Shown: positions 1 through 15,418 of the stretch, piece after piece
Layout of the letters: the number at the start of each line of letters is the position of its first letter
Position numbering within the stretch: the stretch's first letter is position 1
Notes under the pieces: generated by a model
Database searches by the model: none
Seen by the model: only the letters and a program-made list of their open reading frames with translations
Told to the model about the DNA's origin: nothing
DNA from: Sarea resinae
Lineage: Eukaryota
Assembly (NCBI GenBank): GCA_026026165.1
Contig: JAPEUD010000003.1
Coordinates: 434,001-498,000 of the forward strand
DNA length: 64,000 bases
Reading direction: 5' to 3'
Translations under genes and position numbers: made by a program

Positions 1-549
1 GTCGGGCCCGCGGGCGAGCACTTTCGGCGGGCTGGCTCGCTGGATCAACCTACATTGCAACAGCTGTCTCTACCTACTAGCGGCGGGATTCGCTACATCC
101 CACAGCTTCCCGCCGTGCAGGATGTGCAGTAAGTGCGTTTTCAAATTCAGCCTAGCGCATCTTTTCAATGATCACCCACCTTCATCCCTTCCCCATGCCT
201 CTCGCTTCGAGTCCCCCGCGTTGGCCTGACCATCATCTTGGTCCTTGCGTGGCTCTCTACACAGAACAGCTCCGTCATCATAACGGGTTGCACAGCATTG
301 ATTGCTTGGAGAGCCTATCTTGTCGAGCTTCGTGGTCCACTATCGCGATCACGCGACAATCTCTAGGTCGCTTTCTTTCCCAGTCATGCATTAGCTGCAT
401 TCTGAGATTCTCACCAGCTGCGGCCCGCCCTTGGCGTTGTATCATCCCAAATTCTTCAGTGTTTTAACGTTGCCATCCCAGCGACACCTGCATTAGATGG
501 CTGATGGCAGAAATGATATATCAGTTTTCAGAGCAGGTCAGGACTTCCA

Positions 550-2558
550 ATGAGTCCGGTGAATTCAAGCAGCGGCTCAGTATCGACCAGTCCAAGCTCG
601 GCAGCTTCGTCTCTCGCTTTCTCACCTCTCACCAATGTATACCAGCACGGACTGAGTAGTACGGGAAATTATTCCACTACGGCTTCTCCGATCTACGCGA
701 ATTCGGGAAGCTATCCACACCCGTATGTGATGCCCGACTTGAGGCCCCGAATAGCTTCTATGTGGGTAGCCTTGATCTCCCTCTCGAGGCGTCAAGAGAT
801 GGGCTGTTTGTATTGGGCTCGCTGACCGGTTGCGGTGGTTTGTTCAGTCATTCCTTCTCGGGCATGCCCCCTCCGTCTCGATCACCGGGCATCGCAAACC
901 AGATTTCTCCGTCAACGGTCACGGCAGCAAGAGACAATTATACCACGGCAACGCCTCATCTCAGCAGGCACATCCTCTCACCGAGGAACACGTCAGATCT
1001 GCTGTCACGGTCACCTCGCTCTCACCCTGCAACACCAAGAAGCGCGGACTCGCCAACGGTGACAATGTCGCCGTCGTCGAATGCGGCCTTTGGCAAACCG
1101 TCAGCGTCAATGCAGCTTGATCCTGCTTCTCAGATCGCCTTTGGGCCTTCGAGCCAGAATCATTCGGGGCCTCCACTAGGAGAGACGTTCTCATTGCATT
1201 CGATGACCTCCGCCGAAGGACAGGTGATAACACCGCAGATCATAGCCCGCATCGACAAAGGATTCTTCTATACGGAAAAGGATTGGACTTGCTACAGAAG
1301 GAATTATTTTGCCGTCAATTGCTCTTATGCTCTCAGACCGCATTTACCGTCGACGGCGCTCTACCTCAATCGCTCGAATACTTCGATGCCAGAGCTGATA
1401 CAGGGTTTCGCGATGTCTATTTCCGCTGTTGTGGATGGGCCTGGTGGTAAGGCCATCGAGCTTGTTCAGCATACGCCAAAGAGAGACAAAGCCCCCACGA
1501 CGCGACCCGAACGAGTCAAACTCAATCCTAGTAGTACGGGAACGCTTGGGATGTTCCCCGGCTCCGGTGCTGCAGCTAACGCGACGTTCCCGGGATCTGG
1601 GATATCGGGACAAGCGGAATATGACCAGTCATACGCTGTATCAACTTCACAGCCCAACACGGTCGCCAACTTTGAACGCATTCAATTCAAGAATGCGACC
1701 GCGAACAATGGCAAACGGCGCGCAGCGCAGCAATATTATCATCTCGTCGTCGAGCTATATGCCGACGTCAGGAGCACCTTGTCGTCCGAGCCTCGTTATA
1801 TCAAGGTCGCGACACGAATGTCGGAGCGCATGGTTGTCCGTGGTCGCTCACCGGGGCACTACTCTGATGACCGCCGGGCTAGCTCCTCTAGCACCGGACC
1901 TGGTGGAGCCAGTGGCGGTGGCGGCGCCGATGGCTCAGGAAACTTGATCAATCCTGCAGGTCCACCACCATCGGGCGCACGTTTGGGCAGCTCAGCCTCT
2001 GTTCTCGGGGGTCCCAATAGTCTCTCCAACAATGGTGCCTATCGGTCCTATACTTCGCCTGTCACCAGCGGGACAAATTCGCTGTCTGTTTCCTCTTCGT
2101 CTTCGAGTCTCGGAGGTCATCCCGGCGACCAACACCACCCCATCGATCCGATTCTCTCCGCCGAAGATGGCTCGGAAATGGATCCTTACCCGGATTATCA
2201 GTATTATCCGTCTCCGTTGTACGACGATCAAACTCATCAACAGCTTCGGCAATATCCGAGCAATACACCGACTTATAAGTACGAAAGAGGCGCTGAGCAG
2301 ACTTATAGTGCCAGTTTGAACGGGCCAGCCGACAATTCAATGCGCTACCACCACGCCGCGGCCGCCGCAGTCGCCGCCGACGACAGACGACTCTCCAAAG
2401 GCGAGTTTACGCAGCATGCGGGACAGGCTCTCCCGACGTTTGGATCTCCATATCAATCGGGTGGTGGCGGTGGTGCAGACATCAGTCGAGGCTGTGGCCG
2501 TTATCAAGGCACCGAGACAAGTCGAGGATATTATCCCGATTTGTCCGCTGCACTCTGA
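550..2558 (+). CDS. Ndt80/PhoG-family DNA-binding transcription factor
   Basis: Motifs WTCYRRNYF, LVQHTPKRDK, FERIQFKNATANNGKRRAAQQYYHLVVEL, VVRGRSPGHY. Intron 723..847 (GTATGT..CAG) joins the 550 ORF in frame to the 762 ORF. A further upstream exon (ATG 122, donor GTAAGT 129) is possible, so the true start is uncertain. Confidence 0.9.
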
Positions 2559-2808
2559 CGGACGTCTCCCGTCAGGACGTTTTTGTTTGTGTTTTTGTAT
2601 CTGCTGTTTTCGAATCTGTCATATTGTTTGAGTATCATCATTTTCCTTTTTATCATCTTAGCGATGGGTTGGTTGGTTGGTCAGTCAGTCAGCCGGTACC
2701 CGAGATCGGGATCTGGGATTTGGACTTATCTATCATGGCTTACGGGTAAACGGGGCTGACGGTCAAATGAATACGACATATGATTTCAAATGGGTATTAA
2801 CGGGGAAA

Positions 2809-2815
2809 CGGCAAA

Positions 2816-2850
<35 letters not shown>
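2809..2850. repeat. (CGGCAA)n hexanucleotide microsatellite
   Basis: Tandem CGGCAA units directly visible. Confidence 0.9.
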
Positions 2851-2854
<4 letters not shown>

Positions 2855-4329
2855 GGTGGCGGGAATAAAATACGCGAGGGGCCAAAACTGGGCAAAAAAA
2901 CGGAAAAGCAATTGATTCAATTTTTGTTTTCGATTGAAATGATCGGCGGCGGCGTTTGGCACAAAAACATTTTCAAGGAACCTTGGTTTGGTGGGCTTCC
3001 TGGGGTGGGATTTGGTTGGGGCACGGCACGGCAGGGTATGGCGGGGTGGGGCGGGGTTCTACTGCGCAGTAGGTCCAGGTTTCAGGACTCGGGGGGGTGG
3101 ATGGATAAGCTATGAGTGGGGATCAGGAGGGAGGATGGACGGCGGGGTGGGCGGGCGGACGGACGAGCCAGATCCAAGCGGGTGGGCAGGCCTGTGGAGG
3201 TGAAGAGGCCTTTGGCTCGGTGCCTGGATCTCGACGCTCGATGGTCAATGCGCCGGAGAGCAGTGGATGGGAGGCGAGGGTGGGACTGCGAAGAAGGGAA
3301 GAGAAGGAGAAGGAGAAGGAGAAGGGGGAGAGGGGCAGAGGGCATGACGAGGATGATGACGATGACAGAAGCGGGCAATAGAGAGGCGAGGGAGATGGCG
3401 TGGATATCGTTGTGTTGTGTCTTCTTCCCCAGCCATGTCTCCGCTTTTGCTTGGTGTCTTCTCTCTCTCCTTTTCTTTCTCCCTCTTTCTCCCTCTTTCT
3501 CTCTCACGCCCTCTAGAGATGTGTGTGTGTGTTTGTGTAGGTGTGTTACTCTATCTATCTATCTAGCCTATCTATCTTATGTGTTTATCTATCTGTTTAT
3601 CTATCTGTGTATCTGTGTATCTGTTTATCTGTTTATCTGTGCTACCGCTACCGCTGGTGCTAGTGCGGGTGCTAGACCGTATAGAAAAGAGAGAAAGGAA
3701 AAAAAAGGGAAAGGTAAAGGAAAGGAAGAAAAGTTGTTTTTTATGAAATAGATATTACTATTCCTCCCTACGTAGATTAACTCACTTATTCCACTTACTG
3801 CTCACTTACTCACTCTCTTAGTTATTCCCTCACTTAGTGACTCCCTCCCTCGCTCCCCCACTTATTAGATTAAATTTGATTAATCAATAAATATATACAA
3901 CAACCTTCAAACTTTTAGCTAGGTAAGCGTACCTTTGTACTACACCCTCCTATTTACCGCGTTCGATCACAGTTGTGCTATATCATCTTTCTACTACGCT
4001 CTACTATACTATACTATACTATGCTACACTGCTATATGATACTTCTGTTCTATATCATGTTATGTTGTGTTATCCCGAGTCACACACAAAGTTCACAGTT
4101 CACGAGTAACAACACTATTTTAATGTGAGGTGCCCTGTTATATAGTAGGTATAGTAGGCATGGTAGGCAAATAGGCAAATAGGCAAATAGGCATAGCCCG
4201 GACCGGACCGGGCCGGACGAGCTGGTTTGTAGTCGTAGTCTTTTTTAGATGGATGGCGCATGTAGGGACGGGTTGGTCGGTTTACTGGACCTTACTACCC
4301 CCCTTTTTTGAGAGGGGGGGTTTGTGGGG

Positions 4330-4332
<3 letters not shown>

Positions 4333-4379
<47 letters not shown>
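4333..4379. repeat. poly-G tract (47 nt)
   Basis: Uninterrupted G run inside a low-complexity intergenic region. Confidence 0.95.
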
Positions 4380-4380
<1 letters not shown>

Positions 4381-4930
4381 TGATATTTGAATGAGAGTTT
4401 GGATTTCTTTGATCTCGGGTTCTGTCGTCTTGTTTCGTTTCGTTGACCTGGCTTGGCTTGGCTTGGCTTGGCTTGTCAGATGGTTTCTGTCTAGTGGTTT
4501 TTGGATTTTTGTTTTTTTCTGTTTCTTGCTCTTTGTCCATCTATCTGTCTGTCTGTCTATCTAAAAGAAAGGGGGGGAGGGTCAGAGATATTAAAAGAGT
4601 TGGTTGTTGTATAGGTTGGCTTTAGGCTTGGCTTTGGCGAATTGGTCTGTACGAGGTTAAGGTGAGGTAGAAATGGTTGTGAGATAGAGGTGGAGTTGGC
4701 TGTGAGGTAGTGGTTTTAGAGGTGCGAGGTACTGTTCTTGTTCTTGTTCTTGTTCTCTGTAGTAAAGAAAGGGCGGGGGGTTAGGTCTTTAGGGATTAGG
4801 TCTTGTGTGGTTTCTTTCCCTGCTCTTTTCTTCCTGTCCCTCTCTCTCTGTCTGTCTCTCTCCAGATATCCGGCAACGGTCTTGACAACCCCGGTCATAG
4901 GCATGACATGACGTGAATGACTCGACGTTC

Positions 4931-5761
4931 CTAGTACCCGAATCGCCACACGTCTTTCTGGTAGGCAGACGTCAGGCGCGGGTCTTCGCCGTATCTGTAA
5001 AATGTTAGAGGTTTGGTTGCGGGAGAGGCGAAGAGGAGCAAGAATGGTGAGATTGGGTAAGTCTCAAACGATCGCGTCGGATGACAAGGGGAAAATGGGG
5101 GAGAGGGGGGATGAAACGATGGATAAAAGAAAAGAAAAGGGAAAAGAAAGAGATATGAGAAAAGGCAAACGCACAATTCCTGCCATTTCACAAACCCGCC
5201 CTCGAGGATATAGACGTCTTGTTTCCCGCTCGCGCCCACGAAGCTTACCCCCTCTTCCTCCCGTCCACCACCTCCTCCGCTTGAAGCCGTCCTCGTCTCG
5301 GCCTCATGCACTTCTCCCTTTCCCTCTTTCTTCTCCTTGGCTAGAACGTCGTCTCGGGCTCTCAGGTAGGCGAGTGCGGCGCGCGGCCCTCGCTGCTGGC
5401 TTAGCGCGCAGTGGAAGACTACCATGTTCTTGGAGCGCAGCTTGTGCACGAGCGAGCTCAGTTGCGTCGGGCTGTGGAACGTCGTCGATGGGATGTGCGT
5501 GCTGCTGGCTATGTGGCCGCCTATGTGGTCTGGGGCTGTTTGTCAGTATTTTGAGGGGCCCGGACTGGCTTGGAGAGAGAAAGAAGGGGTATTACCATCG
5601 TCGCGAACATCGATGATCGCGATTGGGGAGTCGGGCGAAGTGATTGAAGAGGCGACTGCGGAAGTAGTACTGGAAATAGTGCTGGTGGGAGCGATTTGCT
5701 TCAAGAGGAGAGCTGATAGCTGTTCGCGCTGCATGCGCTGTAGCGTGCCGATCGTCGCCAT
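4931..5761 (-). CDS. Cdc25-like rhodanese-fold phosphatase/arsenate reductase (Ych1/Ibp1/Acr2 family)
   Basis: Spliced product MATIGTLQRM..IAIIDVRDD|DHIGGHI..VVFHCALSQQRGP (HCx5R)..VYILEGGFVKWQE|YGEDPRLTSAYQKDVWRFGY; two GT-AG introns. Confidence 0.88.
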
Positions 5762-6556
5762 CTGTCTCTCCAGGAACTCTTTCGCCGTGGGCTGCGCCGG
5801 ATCGGAAAATTGGATGCGTATGAGGCTAAAAAGCTGATCGTGTAGAGGAGTCGTGGATTGAATAAAGCTGCTCTGCTTCTCTTTTCTGATGCTCTGGCGT
5901 CGAGGACGTGGGGTGGTGGGGTTGACTGACGACGCCTCTTTTATCTGGCGGCGTTGCTGGTGCTTGTTATCTTCTAGAGCTGGGTCTAGCAATGTATCAG
6001 TTGATCTGTCGAGTCAAGAGTCTGTTTGGTACAAGTGAGATGCTATCGACTGTCTCTGGATTTCAATTGTCGGTGTGGACATTGATCTCTCGTCGGACTG
6101 CATGGACGAGGTCCATGTCGTTCTAGATTTCTCGGATCGGCAGTAGACCGTCATAGATGCTGGAGTAACCTCCAGCTTGTATACAAAGCTGCGATAGGTC
6201 ATGCATACATACATACGCAAAGGGGCGATTGATGCCTCCTCGTTTTTACGGGCACAGGAAACTCAACGGAATCATTCTGCGAATCAAAAGGCATGATTGG
6301 TGCGGAACCTGGATGCGATGCTCGTACAAGAAGCCCACTGTTGCAGCCAGAGAGCAAAAATGCGAGCATCCCACACCCGTCTATTGTCTACTCTGACAGA
6401 ACACCATCCAACGCCCGGTTACACGGCCCTGAACCACCCAGATAGCCATTACTCCTGTCTTGCTGCAAGCCATGCGGGGTATAGAGCTGCCGAAGCCAGC
6501 ACGAAAACAAGCAGATGATCGAAACGCCCCACAACCCACGTAAAGCCCGTTTTCCT

Positions 6557-8268
6557 TTAGCCTTTCCCTATCCAGCCACTATGCACGAAGAAATCGAAAA
6601 TGCGGCCACACTTGTTTACATCAATCTAGAGATTCATCAGCGACATCTTCTCTCGGCACCATGTTACCCTTTTCTCTGCTCGCTCACCTTACAGATATCC
6701 CTCGCAGTCTTTCTCTTCAGGTTGCCACCCTGCTTCATGGCCTCTTTGATGAGATGCTCTTTGATGACCAGGTACGGCTTCGGATATATTCTGAGAACGC
6801 TACATAGTTCTTGCTCTTCCTTCGAGAGCAAGTGCAGGTCTGTCGCATTTTCATTGTTGAGCTTCAGAGGCTGCACGTTGTTGACAGGCTGGACCACGTA
6901 GCGAGGCTTGCCCGATTGTGGCGTCATGGTGCCATTGGCATTGCTGCCGGCAAGTGCTCTGTCCGCGGTGCGAGATGTCGGAGAAGCATCAGGCGTATGG
7001 ACGCCGTTCGGTTGCAGGCGTATAGGCAACTCGGGTGCAGTAAGCGCCGCAGTTCCAGACTGGGGCTCGACAGGAGGAGTAGGCTTGCTGAGGCGATTGC
7101 TCGCGAGACGGTCAAACGCGCCGCTCGGGGCCGGTCTCTGCGCCCTCTGCAGCTTCTCCTGCTCATATTTCTCTCCACTCTTGAGGTCCCCCACACGCAT
7201 TTGCCTCCATTCCTGGAGTTGTGCAATAGCCTGTCGGAGGTTATGTTCATACTCTAAGCCGCTGCAGAACTCTTCGAAGTCATGATGGTTCATCATACGC
7301 GCAAACGGCTTGGCCTTGTTCATGAGATCCTTTTCTTCTTTCGTCCGCTTCTTGTCTTGAGCAGCGTTCTTTCGATAGTCGAGAAGATTGTGTTCAAATA
7401 TGACCTTTTTCCTCTCCGCTCGTCCCGTTAGACGAGAATTGTATATATCCATGACCGTCATCTTGAGCTCCATCTCGGGCTCAAGCTCGCCTGTCCGCGG
7501 GTTGATACCCTCACCCGGATCGAACTGCATGTGCTGCACAGCCTCCTCTGCCTCGTTCATGAACTCGGTCTCGAACTCCAGCCGACCAGGCATATAACCT
7601 TGGACTTCGTGACACGCCGGCACACTTGCCGTTGGCTTCTGTTTCGGGGTGGCAGGGGGGGCAGTCTTTGCTGCTTCCTTTCGCTCTTCGATACGTCGCT
7701 TCTTCCGTGCCTGAAATTCCTCTCGTGGCACTTCGTCGGTCAGAGTTCGATCATTCGGGCTTGCATGCTCCGGTAGAGGAAATTTGGAACTCTCCACGTA
7801 GGTCGAGATGTAGTGGTCCCGCACTTCATCTTTGGTTCGATAGCCACCAATGTGGTCGGCAATGTCCGCCCACGACCCGAGACCGTAAGTCTCGGCGCCT
7901 TCTAAAAGTAAGAGCTCTTCGTCTGCGCCCCAATCCGTCGTATATATAGGGATCGAGTGTTGCTCGATGACAGAGTAGGGATGCGTCCTTGGGTCGTGGT
8001 TGAGGGAGAATTCGCCGCTAGTAAAGCACGGCACGCACAAGTCGTACTCGTTACAGGCAGAGTGTGCGCATCGTATTCGGACCTGAATTTAGGATTTTAG
8101 CTTTTGTTCGATGTAGGAGAGGTTGACGACTTCCAGATGGGAGCGTCGCATCTGCCTAGATGGGCATGTACTTACAGTGGACGTAATGTCCGCCGAGCAT
8201 ACGTCGCAAACATACTTCACTCCTCCTTCCGTACCCCGAGCAGCAATCTTCTTCTTGATGACGCCCAT
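6557..8268 (-). CDS. ADA2: SAGA/ADA complex subunit Ada2
   Basis: ZZ finger ([12 protein letters not shown]), SANT domain ([30 protein letters not shown]), [19 protein letters not shown]-terminus [19 protein letters not shown]; two introns. Confidence 0.95.
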
Positions 8269-9721
8269 GGTGCCGTCTGTTGACTCCCCGTCCGTAGCCT
8301 CTTCAGGCTGAACAGGGTCGAGGTTTGGCTCAATCGCGAATTAGGTTTGGCGCAGTGAACCGGAAACGTGATTCCCGTCATGCGCAGCGTCAGAAGAGCA
8401 AGTGCCGTGGAGTTGCCTGGGGGTCTAGGACAAGAGCGAATTGGGTAGAGCTCGGAGAGCACGACACTCGAGTCGGAGGCGAAGGTCGACGATGAGAGAG
8501 AGCAATGCTGGTAATAATGAGGGTAGGTCAGATACGGTAGGTAAAGGTAAGGTAGGCAGGCGTATGGTCGATGATGATTGATCGGATTAGCGCGCAATTG
8601 AGGCGGAAGGAACAGTTGGCGCTTTGCGGCCAATCAGAATGGAGCACGAACAGAGAGGAAAGAGGGTGCCGATGGCTGATTAGGTCATCCCTTAGTCACC
8701 CACTACGTAAGCGACGACTGTCATCACGGGAGCACTCCTTACTATGTACGGGCGTCGGGCCACTCCACTCGCACTCGCTCGCCGGTCACCCCCCGCACAG
8801 CAACGCACCTTGGCAGCGCAGCAACGCAACAGCACACGCAGCAATGGTGACCCCGCCAGGCTTGGGCGGCTGGGGCCGAGTTTGAAACCGAGTCGTCAAG
8901 ACCAACTTGGAAGTTAGAAGACTCGCGTACCTTGAAGTACGAGGTACCTCTCGTCGGTCATCCGTAGTCCGTACTCTACATAGTACGATCGATGCTGCTC
9001 CCCCTTGGAGATGCTTTGGTACTTCCTTCGTACTCCGTCCAGGCCTGTGTAGGAGGGACGGCCCTTTCTGTCGTCATCTCTACTTCGTAGTACTATCAAC
9101 CCTCGTATCGGGTGTCATTGCTGCTACCTTACCCGCCTTCATAGCCCCTCGCTCCCTCGCCCCCATTCTGCCAGTAGTGGTACGGGGTTCCTCTACTACC
9201 TTACGTAGTACCCAGTACTTGCTGAGGTACGTCGACTCCGTACTGTCTACTGGCACCGTATCGCAACAACAACGACATCCATATCCTCAATCCACCCCCC
9301 CCATCATCATCATCACCACCATCGCCATCACCGTCACCATCGTCCTCCATCAGGGATCGAAGCACTCGTGCCCCTTCAATCATCTTCATATGTCCTGACC
9401 TTCATCCGCATAGACGCACATTATTTCATGCCCGCTCATGACCTCGGCTGCTTGATTCTTTCGATGTTCTAGAGATACCCTTGAGATTTCATCGCCCAAG
9501 TCTCTGCTCGGTTACCCACTATCAGGTGAAGTCGAGGCCGTTTCCCTCACTTCACTTCACGTTACTTCACGTCACTTCCCCTCCAAATCCAGCGGAGCGA
9601 GAGCCATTGGTGAATCTCATCGTCGTCCTTCTCATCCGCTCGACTGGAGTGGACGGGACTCTGCACTCCGAAGAGAACTCCGTGACCCACCTGCTCCAAC
9701 ACCGACATCATCAACTTCGTC

Positions 9722-11912
9722 ATGTCTTGGAAACTCACCAAAAGTATTTTCCGAAAAGTTCATGCTGGTCATCATCATGCTCATTCGCTTCCAGAACTTA
9801 AGGAGACGCATCTAGCTCCTCTTGCGAATACGTTCAGTCGTTCATCATCCACGTCGACAATCACCCCGGCCACACCTGATCCGTCCGTCCACGAGTCAAG
9901 CAGCAGTGCCACGAGCGTCAGTGATAATGGCATCGGTAATAGACTACTTCTCCACTGTGTAATATCTTCTTGTTGATTCTTCTTTAGCTGCATCCGAAGC
10001 ACAATCGTCGCCTCCAGCGCCTCCATTGAAGCCTGGCATCCTCATTGTAACACTTCATGAAGGACAAGGTTTCTCGTTGCCTCAGCATGTCCAGCAGGCT
10101 CTTGGTAACAGCTCAACGTCCGGTGGGGGTTTCTCCGTGGCTGGTTCCGTCCGTCCAAGCTCAGCGTCCGCTCGCTCCCAGAGTGGCGCCGGCTCATATG
10201 CTAGCTCTATCCGCCCACAGTCCTCTGCAGGAGGAATCAATAGCGCTCCGACAAATCATGGTCGATACTCAACCAAATATCTCCCATATGCACTTCTTGA
10301 CTTTGACAAACTTCAAGTCTTCGTGAATGCGGTTTCCGGGACTCCCGAGAACCCGTTGTGGGCTGGCGACAACACTTCCTACAAATTCGATGTATCGCGA
10401 ACAAATGACCTTTCCGTGCAACTGTTCCTCCGAAACCCGAACGCTGCCCCCGGTTCTGGACGAAGCGAAGATATCTTTCTGGGCTCTTGCAAGGTCCACC
10501 CTCGTTTCGAGGAGAGTCGGCACTATGTCGAGGATCCGAAGGCGAGTAAGAAGGACAAGGAGAAAGCGGCTGCAGCTTTTGCTCATCACGAGCGTACAAT
10601 GGGCCAGATTGGAGCAGAATGGATCGACATAGCCTACGGTACCGGATCGCTCAGAATCGGGGTCGAGTTTGTAGAGAACCGTCAACGGTCCCTCAAAATT
10701 GAGGATTTCGAGCTTCTAAAGGTGGTCGGAAAGGGGAGTTTTGGCAAGGTCATGCAAGTCCGGTGAGTCTCCTTTACCTCTTCTCTCTTTGAGCTAGGCT
10801 GATGGCGTGCAGGAAAATGGACACCCATCGGATCTACGCTCTCAAAACCATCCGCAAGGCACATATTATTTCTCGGTCGGAAGTTGCACATACACTTGCA
10901 GAGCGTTCGGTCCTGGCTCAGATCAACAATCCATTCATCGTACCGCTCAAGTTCTCCTTCCAATCTCCCGAAAAGCTTTACCTGGTGCTTGCTTTCGTCA
11001 ACGGAGGCGAACTCTTCCACCATCTTCAAAAGGAGCAACGCTTTGATATCAACCGCTCGAGATTCTACACGGCAGAGCTCCTATGCGCCCTTGAGTGTCT
11101 ACACGGTTTCAATGTCATCTATCGAGATCTAAAGCCTGAAAATATTCTCCTGGATTACTCCGGTCATATCGCGTTGTGTGACTTCGGTCTCTGTAAGCTC
11201 GATATGAAGGATGAGGATCGTACAAACAGTGAGTCTCGAGCTACCTTGTTGTGGGATCTAGCTACTAATCTAGCTACTCATTTGTCTAGCCTTCTGTGGA
11301 ACGCCAGAATATCTGGCTCCTGAATTGCTTCTCGGTCAAGGCTATACCAAGACTGTGGATTGGTGGACTCTAGGTGTTCTGCTTTACGAAATGCTGACAG
11401 GGTTGCCTCCGTTCTATGACGAGAACACCAATGAGATGTATCGCAAGATTCTAACCGAGCCCCTTCACTTCCCTGGACCCGAGATTGTGCCCCCGGCAGC
11501 CAAAGACCTTCTCATCAAGCTCCTCGATCGCAATCCAAACACCCGTATGGGCGCCAATGGAGCAGCGGAAATCAAAGCACAAGCGTTCTTCCGAGATATA
11601 GATTGGAGGAAGCTCTTGCAGCGGAGATACGAACCGACATTCAAGCCGAACGTGGTAAGTCTATAAATGCCATCATTCGTTCCGTCTGAATGTCTGCTTA
11701 TCATCTTCCAGGTCGATGCACTCGACACGGCCAACTTCGACCGCGAATTTACCTCGGAAGCGCCCACTGATTCTTACGTCGAGGGTCCCGGACTCTCGTC
11801 GACCATGCAACAACAATTTGCAGGCTGGTCCTACAATCGTCCTGTCGCTGGTCTTGGCGATGGTGGGGGCAGTGTGAAGGACCCAGCGTTCGGCAGTGTA
11901 ACCGGCTATTGA
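9722..11912 (+). CDS. YPK1: AGC Ser/Thr kinase Ypk1/Gad8
   Basis: MSWKLTKKLKETHL start, C2-like region, GKGSFGKV, YRDLKPEN, DFGLCK, FCGTPEYLAPE, hydrophobic motif QFAGWSY; multiple short introns. Confidence 0.95.
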
Positions 11913-13028
11913 GCAAGTCTTGGGCAGAGAGGGATTAGGTCGATCACCGAATGCATGCGGATGATCATCATAACCTTGTTTGAAACATGGGTTGTGGACG
12001 ATCGATTCTATTCTGGATCTTCGTTCCTTGTATCTCTTGAGACCGGAAGGGTTTCTTTTTCTCTCAAAAGACGGGGACTTAGCGCCGCATCGACTGGGTG
12101 GTAGGTGATCTGTCTTTACGATTTGCAGACTGGCAGGCGCGAAGCTGCGGGTGGTTCGTTCAATATGACGTTACGCTATAGGAGAGAAGGTAGAGTGAAA
12201 GGCATAAGACTGCTCGTATGACCATCTTTCGACGCGCGCACAATCGAGATGTGACCTCCAGTGCTGGCATGTCGTGGTCGTACCGAAGTATGGTATGCGT
12301 GAAATTGTTTCGTAGTCCGGTCTCGTCGAAACAACAATGTCAGCCGTCCACGGCTCTTGAGTCTAGAGTCTTCGGGGTATCAAGACTGATGCTACTACTA
12401 AGGTAAAGGTAGTAGGTACCATGTTAGCCCCTTACCAAATTCCCTGCCATTCTCTCATGATCGGTTGAGCAAGAGCGACGGCAATTAGTGGTCCAATAAG
12501 CATGCGTCGAGGAAACTGCGTTGCGCTATTTCTTGTCCTCGTCGCAAGTCGGCGCACCTGAGCGTGGGTGATAGTGGGGTTGTTTGGAGACTTCCTCTCA
12601 CGACCAGCAGAGTACTCTCTACCGGATCTACCTTTGGTGCGCCGCTGTTGGCTCTTGTTCCCCAGTACCACTCTAGGGACAGCAAAGTACCGGTACTTCT
12701 AGTTGAGGTATCGGAGTATCTTCACGGTGACGTCCTGAGGAGGGGTGGGAGAGAGGAAGCGGGCCAGCACACGGACAGCAAAGTGCTTGGATCGATCGTA
12801 TCCAGGATGAATCCATTCATTTTGCCTCGACCGCCAGATCCTACTCGGAGTACTCACTTTCTACCCTCCTCCTCTTCCTAATACCGACGACTGATACTAC
12901 TATTACTCCTCTGCCTCATACCGGTAATCCATCGCCCTTCAGATTCAATTTGCCCTTTATTATAGTTACTAAGCAAAACCGCCATCGAAGGTCTCCGTCC
13001 TCATCCGCGGCCTCTATACCCGTCGAAA

Positions 13029-14927
<1,899 letters not shown>

Positions 14928-15418
14928 CTCGGGCATCAGCCTAAGCCGCACGATGTTGACGATACAAATAGAAATGCGATAGATCAGAGATTGTCTCTGG
15001 AAAGCAAATTATGAGAGATTTGGAAATGGCGAGAAAAGTTGTTCCTACATATAAGCAGAGCTATGAAGCCGCAAGGCAGATTTCTCATGAAGCAACCCTT
15101 GCAATCAAATATGTACCTCGACGGGCTCAGTAGCCCAAGCTTTGCCATGCCATGAGTAGAGAAGTGTAGAGTTCTCCGAAGTAGGTTCGCTCGGGATCAG
15201 TAATATTAATATCGAGAAGTGACATTCGTCCGACTTCTGAATTCCAGGGTCCGTTTGATCGTCGCTCGACAAGGTTCGCTTACGAGATGGACATAGCAGG
15301 GATACGATGCACGCCGATGGTTTCAAGTCGCGAAATGCTTCTCTCAGTCGTGAAGTGATGGGGCATCAGTATTGCTGCGTCAGATGATCATTGGCAGCAC
15401 CTTGACCCTTCTCTAGCC

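Noticed and set aside
3082..3751. ORFs in microsatellite regions (also 23192..23501, 4295..4540, 33211..33882)
   Set aside because: Translations are repeat-derived low-complexity strings with no family features.
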